From assembly GCA_964019335.1 (NCBI GenBank), contig OZ025734.1:62001-126000 (forward strand): DNA of 64,000 bases. The letters are read 5' to 3'. Origin of the DNA: Diplonema japonicum. Its lineage: Eukaryota; Protista; Euglenozoa: Diplonemea. Under the pieces are notes generated by a model. The model was not told the DNA's origin, made no database searches, and worked only from the letters and a program-made list of their open reading frames with translations. Below are positions 58,501 through 64,000 of the stretch, one piece after another; the first letter of the stretch is position 1, and each line of letters begins with the position of its first letter. Made by a program: the position numbers and the translations under genes.

Positions 58501-61500
58501 AGATGGCAGGTCTCAGTTGAACCATTGTTTGTTATGTTCACAGGAAGCTCGTGAGAGGACTTGTCTGCTACGTTTGGAGGGAAGTACACTGGGCTTGATG
58601 AGAAGGGTGCGATGTTTACAGAGCACGGGGACACGCCGACAGAGATGCCGACCCAGCTTTGGTTCATGACTGTCAGCGGTGACGGCGGTAACCTGCCACC
58701 CAGAGTGACATGAATGGTATTTGTTGCAAGGTCGTGCTCTGTGGACACCAACACCCACAAGTTGTCGATGCGGACCACAGTTGCATTGCCCTCTTGAGGG
58801 ATGCGGAAGGTTGTGGCCTCCTCGCTGTCGGCGGTGAGGACAACGCTGCTGCTGTCATCCAATTTGTTCCGAAGGAAATAAGCGCCTCCCGGCTGGATCC
58901 GCCCCTCCTCACCATCGATCTGAATGGAGTACCCCGCGTTGGTGGTGTTGCTGACGACGCACATCGGCGACAGCATAACAACCGTCTGCCCGTCCTCCTT
59001 GGCGTTGGTCACTACAACATTAACCACAGCAGAGCCTTCCGACGTAATCTGTTGAACATTCTCCGTTATACTAATTGGTACACCCTCGACCACGCAGGGC
59101 CCAGAATGGGGAACGGGGGTGCCCTGCGGAAGGAGCCAATTCTTCCCGCCGAAGGTTGCCTTGAGCTTGAAGTTTGTAGAGTTCAGAAGCCAAATAGGAG
59201 TGTAAAGCCTTACAACACGCTTTCCAAGATCGCCATGGACCGTCATCAGTATAGGGAGGTCGTCCGTGGGGTCGTCCTTGTGGCGGAGGAGCGGGATGTG
59301 TTTTTCATTGAACTTTGTATCAACGACAAGAGGCCTCGATGTGCGGGGCTGCCCTGTTACTGGGCACACGATCTTCAAGGACACTTTCATCGGCTCCGAG
59401 ACGTCGAAATCGTGTACAAGAACTACCTCGTCACGAGGGACCACCGGCACTGTCCTGTCGTCTTTTACGCTTAGTGACGCAGTCACCGCAAACGGGAGCT
59501 CGTTTCGTATCTCAAGCGGGGGTTCAAGCATCATGCACATGTAGTTCTCCACCACTGTTTTCACCAGCATGTTCCACCCATCCTGCAGCACCGTGATGTT
59601 CTCCCCTTCCTTCGGTATGGGGCACTCCTCCGACCACTCCTGGCCGTCCTGCTGCATCTCATACCTCGATATGGTGTGTGCTGTGTTCCCCGACCGCGTC
59701 TTCTTTGAAGCGTCGAAGAACTGAAACCGTAGGACAGGGCACTCTGTCATCAAACACGTCGCCATCAGCAGCGAGGCGGGGACAGGGGCTTCCATCTTTG
59801 GAGGGAGGATGGCGACATAGTCACCGCACTGCAGATGGACGACCAGGGCGCTTTTATTCTGGAAGAAGACAGGTCCTGTCACAGACACTGTGCTGCCCGA
59901 CACGTTGGCGATGACCGGAATGCAACCCTCTGGAACCTGCAAGAAAGGGTCCCACAGCAATGCAGCGGGGTCATCGTGCTTAGAGTTAACCGACTTCACC
60001 GACGACCCTCTGTCACGGTTGCGTCGAGGTGTGGACCTGAAGCGAGGGGAGTCCACTAGCGCGACTTCTAGTTCGTCTAGGTCAATTCTGTTGATCTCCA
60101 CCCACTCACGGGGGGGGCCAAGGATGGCATCGTGTGCATGGCCTTCTCCCATCGCCCATGCTGCGAGGTCGTCCGCTTGCTGCTCCCTTGCTGCTATTAC
60201 GTGCAGTGCGTCGTCAGGCAGAGCTTCGTCGTTTGCCTCGCAGGATGCTTCCTCCGTCTCGTCTCGTAACGCAGACGGGTAGCTCCCCAGCCACTCCGCC
60301 ACGTCGACCTCCCACTTCTTACACAGAAGCGTTACGATTTTCTCTGCTGTCTGTGAGCTGTCTGCGATGAGGTTCAGCAGTGATTCTACCTTCCCCAACC
60401 CCTCTTGGTCATATCTCTTGTAAAAGCTTGTCAATGTATACCCCACAACGCCAATGGGCTTGTATCCCACCCATTTCGAGCTCGGCTCCCCCAGCTCCTG
60501 GCATTCCAAATGCAGTATTGTGTCGATGGCGATGCCCGACGTGAGCTGCTTGCGGATCTTTGCTTCGCTGATGTCGAACATGCCACAGAAGGCTTTCACA
60601 CGAAAAGCGATCTCCGGCAGGACAAGCTTCAGCTCGGTGCACTGCAGTTCTGCAGGGCATTCCCTTGTAAGCCATTGGGAACACAATGGGGATATGGTGC
60701 CGTCGTGCGGTCCCGAGCGTAGCACTGTTGACACGTTGAAGGTGTCAGTGTGCTGAATAGTCCACTTCCCGCCTGAGGAGTAGATCCTCCCGCGGCCACA
60801 AGACGATGTCCACACAGGTTGCTTCTCAAAAGTGACAAGCGGTACTAAATGGTAGGTAGCTGAAAGATGAGGGAAACTAGTGCAAGTGATCTTGATGTAG
60901 TGCAGACCAGCAAAAGACTGGACTGGGGTGTACTTAGCAAAGCCGATGACAGGGTGAGCGGGGTCTGCGGTGTGCGGGGTGATTGTCCACTTTTCCGTCT
61001 TGGCCTCTTGCATCGTCACAGCAGGCGTGCCGTCCTCCGAGACGGTGCAGGACACAGCAAAGTCGACACCCGTCTTGTTCTTGACGATGAGGTTGCGCTG
61101 CACGCGCGGCTCGTCCGTCCCGTTCAGCAGCGACTTAACCGCCAGTAATGTCTTGTCGTTGATCGCCAGACTGGCCTCATCAGCGTCGACCACCCAGGAG
61201 CTTGTCTTCCACCCCCTTCCACGGGGGAGTCCGGTGGGTTTCTCCCCCATGTCCAGAACTGCTTGGCAGTCTTCCAACACGGTTGTCCATTGATGTGCAG
61301 ACGAGTCCCACACGCCAGCCGACAGCACGATGGCTGACGACGCCGTCCACCTCGGTGCCTCCTTAGGCATCGTAGTAGTGTCCATCTGCATCGTCATCTC
61401 CTCGTCCACACCCCGGCACACTAGTCGCACGCTTGCAGCTCCACCACGCGACCCACACAGCGCTAGAGAGACAGGCCCGCACGTCAGTGTTAAACTGTCA

Positions 61501-64000
61501 GACCACTGCATCACGTTTGGAGCATCGGGAGGGTAGATCGACATGTATATCTTGTTAAGTGACTCGCTCAACGCGACAGCATCCATCCATGTGGCACGGA
61601 AGGCGATTGGAGATATGTCGCACCGCGTGACGCCTGTGAAGGACGACGGTGAGACCTGCGTGATGGTCGTCGTGTACGATACAGAGAAGGGCTTCGAGAG
61701 CATGTTCGGCCCGCGAGCCTCAGTGGCAGGAGGGGGTGCCGTGATACGGAGGTCTTTGCACCCGTAGCCAGACGTCACGACTTTCCCATTCCAAGAGTAC
61801 TCCCAGTTGCACGACCCCCAGTCCATGCCGAACCCGTCTGGGAGGTCCGCCACCCCGTCCTCGATGTACACCTTGCAGGAGTACGGTTTCCATTCGTCGG
61901 CATGCTTTTCTTTGACCTCGTCAGCGTTGCTGTGCACAGTGCAGTCCACAAGCTCGTACTCACCCGAGCCAGGCATGACGTAGTCCTCGAAGCGCTTCGT
62001 GCAGTAGATTTCGAATCCCTTGATAATCAGCTTGCACCTGCTGGAGATCACAATGCAGTACTCGTTGAGCTGCCCTTCAAGGAGGGCAATCTTGGCATTG
62101 GGTTGTGCAGTGATAGTGAGTGAGGTGCTGGCGTGGACCAGCAGACGGTTAGAGGGAGAGAACGCGACACTGGCTGGGGACAGCTCGCAAGGGGAAGTGA
62201 TGAGAAGGTCGTGCGAGAGGAGCTCGGCGTCAGGGACGATCTGCAACACGTCTTGCGTGATGACAGGCACACCAACGGTGAAGGGGGCAAAAAAGCCCAT
62301 TGCATGGCGCACTGCAGCAGGGACGGGGTTGAGGACAGGGTTGCTCAGGTGCATGATCAGCAGCATGGCATCGTTGTCGTCAGTGGTGTACGAGAAGAGC
62401 GGCTTCCCCTCCACTCCCCGCGAGGACATGATGGTGGCAGGGACGTCGTTCTTGTCATGCGCGGTAACGCTGAACACAGCAGCCTCGCCATCGACAGACG
62501 TCGCACCCTGCAGCGGTACTGACGCCCTGCTTTTCATCTCGTTCACATTTACAACACATGCAGGGGGTCGTTCCCCGCTCCCAGTTGGCGCCAAGCTCAG
62601 CTCCAACGCAAGGCTGTCCGTCTCCAGATCTATTAGAGCTGCGACGCCTTTGCTCTGCCCGGGCACAGGCGACTGCTGTCTGGACGAAGGAGGGGATACC
62701 GTATCTCGCTTCGTGCCGCCTATGGCGATGTCGTACAGAACTCGACCCGTCTCCGCAGAGACTTCGGAAACAGTGGCGAGCGAGGCGTGGTTGAGCTTCA
62801 CTTTGACTAAAGGCCCGATCTTGCCCTTGGTGATGATGACGGGGATGTCTTCGCGTTTGGGGACAAGTGACGACCCGTACACGAGGTGCGCTCCCGTTTC
62901 GCAGAGCACATCCGTGCCGTGCGTGGCGGGAAGGAGCAGGCTTCCCTTGCAAGGTCGGATGGACACTTTCATCCCGCGTAGTCCAAGGTCCCACCATTCG
63001 TGTGTGTCGGTGTCGTTGCAGTCGTTCTTGCGGGCCCGTTTGCGAAGGGCGGCTTTTTCGAGAAGATGCATACGGCTCGACACACGAAGCTGGCCGAGGT
63101 TGCAGACAAGCGCTTCGGTTTCCGCAGCACTGCAATCGCGAGGAATGACAACAGTGGGGGCAGCAGCGATGATCTTGATGTCCGAAGTGTGCCGTTCCTC
63201 CAACGCGTCGACAATGTCCTGTGCAAGGGTCTTCACATAGGAACGCCCGCTCGCAGGGGATGGGGTGGGGGAGGTGGACAACCCAACGTTCCCGTTTCCG
63301 ATCCCGAGCTCCGGGGAGAGGATGCTCCACCCAGCTGGGGCGCGGAAGAACACCGCGAGCTTCGTAAGGAATACAGTGTTCAGAATAAGCCTCATAGGAC
63401 GGCTCGTCTGCAAAGTGAAGTTCGTGTCCGCAAGCAGCCCTTTCTCATCCGTCAGCTTCGAAGTGGGCTTCATGAACGCGTAGCACGCAGACACTATGGA
63501 CAGTGTGCTTGCATGGTGAATTCCATCTGTTTCAGGACCAAGTATCTGTTTCCACTGGTTTTCTTCAGCAGACGCATCAAGTACAACCATATCAGTGATT
63601 CTTGTAAGGATGGTGCAATCTATCTTGGTATCAGACAGGTCCAAGTGAAGTCCTTTCATGACAAGCTGAGTGAGCAACGGGGTGGTGATGGAGTCCCGCA
63701 GGGACAGAACGCACTCTCGAACCTCGAAGGAGTACTGCTTCCGACGCATGGTGCTCTTGTGAGGCTGTATTTTTAAATCTCTGTTGATGGTATTGGACGA
63801 CGGCGCCTGTACCGTCGATTTGTCTTTCCTTTGAGTAATCTTTGTGAACCAGCTTGTTTTCGGGGCTGCTTTTTTTTCCGCTGCTTTTTTCTTCTTCTCG
63901 CTGTCTATCATTCGATATGATATGACACGGTATGAGATGAGTTCCAGTGCGGGCAGAACATCTTCATAGAGCGTCAGCAGGCGGATCCATTTCACAGGAA
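55590..64000 (-). CDS. VPS13: VPS13-like lipid transfer protein, C-terminal ~2800 aa; start lies outside the window
   Basis: IKIIAAAPTVVIP...LVCNLGQLRVSS (RBG module) and VAB-type repeats LEPPLEIRNELPF, LYTPIWLLNSTNFKL, LSPMCVVSNTT and PLTVMNQS; frame open to the window edge. Confidence 0.8.
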   Translation of the reverse strand, partial: PVKWIRLLTLYEDVLPALELISYRVISYRMIDSEKKKKAAEKKAAPKTSWFTKITQRKDKSTVQAPSSNTINRDLKIQPHKSTMRRKQYSFEVRECVLSLRDSITTPLLTQLVMKGLHLDLSDTKIDCTILTRITDMVVLDASAEENQWKQILGPETDGIHHASTLSIVSACYAFMKPTSKLTDEKGLLADTNFTLQTSRPMRLILNTVFLTKLAVFFRAPAGWSILSPELGIGNGNVGLSTSPTPSPASGRSYVKTLAQDIVDALEERHTSDIKIIAAAPTVVIPRDCSAAETEALVCNLGQLRVSSRMHLLEKAALRKRARKNDCNDTDTHEWWDLGLRGMKVSIRPCKGSLLLPATHGTDVLCETGAHLVYGSSLVPKREDIPVIITKGKIGPLVKVKLNHASLATVSEVSAETGRVLYDIAIGGTKRDTVSPPSSRQQSPVPGQSKGVAALIDLETDSLALELSLAPTGSGERPPACVVNVNEMKSRASVPLQGATSVDGEAAVFSVTAHDKNDVPATIMSSRGVEGKPLFSYTTDDNDAMLLIMHLSNPVLNPVPAAVRHAMGFFAPFTVGVPVITQDVLQIVPDAELLSHDLLITSPCELSPASVAFSPSNRLLVHASTSLTITAQPNAKIALLEGQLNEYCIVISSRCKLIIKGFEIYCTKRFEDYVMPGSGEYELVDCTVHSNADEVKEKHADEWKPYSCKVYIEDGVADLPDGFGMDWGSCNWEYSWNGKVVTSGYGCKDLRITAPPPATEARGPNMLSKPFSVSYTTTITQVSPSSFTGVTRCDISPIAFRATWMDAVALSESLNKIYMSIYPPDAPNVMQWSDSLTLTCGPVSLALCGSRGGAASVRLVCRGVDEEMTMQMDTTTMPKEAPRWTASSAIVLSAGVWDSSAHQWTTVLEDCQAVLDMGEKPTGLPRGRGWKTSSWVVDADEASLAINDKTLLAVKSLLNGTDEPRVQRNLIVKNKTGVDFAVSCTVSEDGTPAVTMQEAKTEKWTITPHTADPAHPVIGFAKYTPVQSFAGLHYIKITCTSFPHLSATYHLVPLVTFEKQPVWTSSCGRGRIYSSGGKWTIQHTDTFNVSTVLRSGPHDGTISPLCSQWLTRECPAELQCTELKLVLPEIAFRVKAFCGMFDISEAKIRKQLTSGIAIDTILHLECQELGEPSSKWVGYKPIGVVGYTLTSFYKRYDQEGLGKVESLLNLIADSSQTAEKIVTLLCKKWEVDVAEWLGSYPSALRDETEEASCEANDEALPDDALHVIAAREQQADDLAAWAMGEGHAHDAILGPPREWVEINRIDLDELEVALVDSPRFRSTPRRNRDRGSSVKSVNSKHDDPAALLWDPFLQVPEGCIPVIANVSGSTVSVTGPVFFQNKSALVVHLQCGDYVAILPPKMEAPVPASLLMATCLMTECPVLRFQFFDASKKTRSGNTAHTISRYEMQQDGQEWSEECPIPKEGENITVLQDGWNMLVKTVVENYMCMMLEPPLEIRNELPFAVTASLSVKDDRTVPVVPRDEVVLVHDFDVSEPMKVSLKIVCPVTGQPRTSRPLVVDTKFNEKHIPLLRHKDDPTDDLPILMTVHGDLGKRVVRLYTPIWLLNSTNFKLKATFGGKNWLLPQGTPVPHSGPCVVEGVPISITENVQQITSEGSAVVNVVVTNAKEDGQTVVMLSPMCVVSNTTNAGYSIQIDGEEGRIQPGGAYFLRNKLDDSSSVVLTADSEEATTFRIPQEGNATVVRIDNLWVLVSTEHDLATNTIHVTLGGRLPPSPLTVMNQSWVGISVGVSPCSVNIAPFSSSPVYFPPNVADKSSHELPVNITNNGSTETCHLMYKDGKIDNVTKNDDAEVVVEVRHKGGKGINGLVKVCDREMSERSKEKKIEVMKYVVRCKDVSVKADVEEVGNVLALRGKSPSGELSIGLDGSILNAAALLNDTTLDSSLLQDILSEQLAKMVPFHAELATILFPLTWEGSPLVSLAVSDLPCIDSDLMWKSSVGVKLLCEAADFQCSDEIQALTTHIASSSSGSSSLSDILANSGEHLTALKNNDEAAMKVGNKILKTLLTRRMGVDIQKVQDGDGKYIADLLLSHAVKSHFEGSSGRLLLVAGKHFKLVEHAHSLYTDPSSSAEARSLAEAMLHSKTKEQLLHAATQASVLFPELGPMVKEVEATTLDLPTTVEALQSLLGLVPRSYEMEAVAAKVSAAASNPKQMVADKVTGLGDAAQRLRESIPSDMHGLADAVSASLSHSAAAEHTAVGSALERAQEAMSGAGLLPEEMIDKMQTAVLGIPDTGTMAQDTAQKLRESIPSELPGVTQLQNEMQEVASRAMETATGVLSVAPPELPSHEDVKNNVQAVGAMLQSDTIYKLSDNTQSMVQEAGDKVAAAAAPGIALVQPVASKLPCGEDVATAAQDAAEKLCESVPCELPDTTQLQSAVLEIKNKATEAATSLKDTELTSVLPTGEGVADMAQGAAQNLQQALPDTCTKSTAAVRDTLSQVELPSMSSILPSSEDVEGTVQKLRENMPAELPDTVQIQSAVQEMSSKAMASVSVLGEGSAASLLPSKEAVNETVNGLCEKARNMPDIAEAVGCSAQGLHVPDVAEVQRAVSDIKIPMPSAEGVGAAAQSTAQTLRESIPADGLASMQDSVASMLPSSEQLGNAAQNLREDVGAAAQSTAQTLRESIPADGLASMQDSVASMLPSSEQLGNATQSLREDAGAVVQSTSQTLRESIPAELPSVASMLPSSEGMKDTGATVLQAAAPLQEALLDVSVQEVVSEVQKELADAAKAMSHHAEAGAKRYLSS

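Noticed and set aside
1-64000. tRNA, rRNA, CRISPR arrays and telomeric arrays
   Set aside because: None recognised by eye; a covariance-model scan was not possible.

Overview
Eukaryotic nuclear DNA, very probably from a diplonemid (Euglenozoa). The evidence is a diplonemid-type spliced-leader (SL) sequence at 24263-24300, a BILBO1-N-like gene, and the fact that all ~23 host genes lie on the minus strand as one directional cluster. Genes include exportin-1 (partial), a tandem SpoVS-domain protein, an LRR protein, PP2C, two PH-like paralogs, a PHO80-type cyclin, a DHHC palmitoyltransferase, a CHD/SNF2 remodeller, an Mpv17/PMP22 protein, a bacterial-type LRR-kinase, a TVP15-like protein, a claudin/amastin-like protein, a large coiled-coil repeat protein and a VPS13-like protein (partial). 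Many are split by very short (34-83 nt) GT-AG introns filled with homopolymer runs. Intergenic DNA is dominated by A, T, G and C homopolymers, so most short ORFs in the supplied track are artefacts. The most interesting signal is a mobile-RNA system at 17.6-31.6 kb. (1) Two unrelated families of HDV-like self-cleaving ribozyme folds lie in the transcribed orientation. (2) In family A the predicted cleavage site falls inside the trans-splice acceptor AG. (3) One family A copy is an apparent retrocopy built as SL exon + ribozyme + body + the 3' stem-loop of a neighbouring LINE, with A(n)..GAG flanks like the LINE's own target-site duplication. A Helentron-like non-autonomous element with a ~115-nt hairpin and a head-to-tail junction also occurs. 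All family assignments and folds were made by eye; no searches or folding programs were run.
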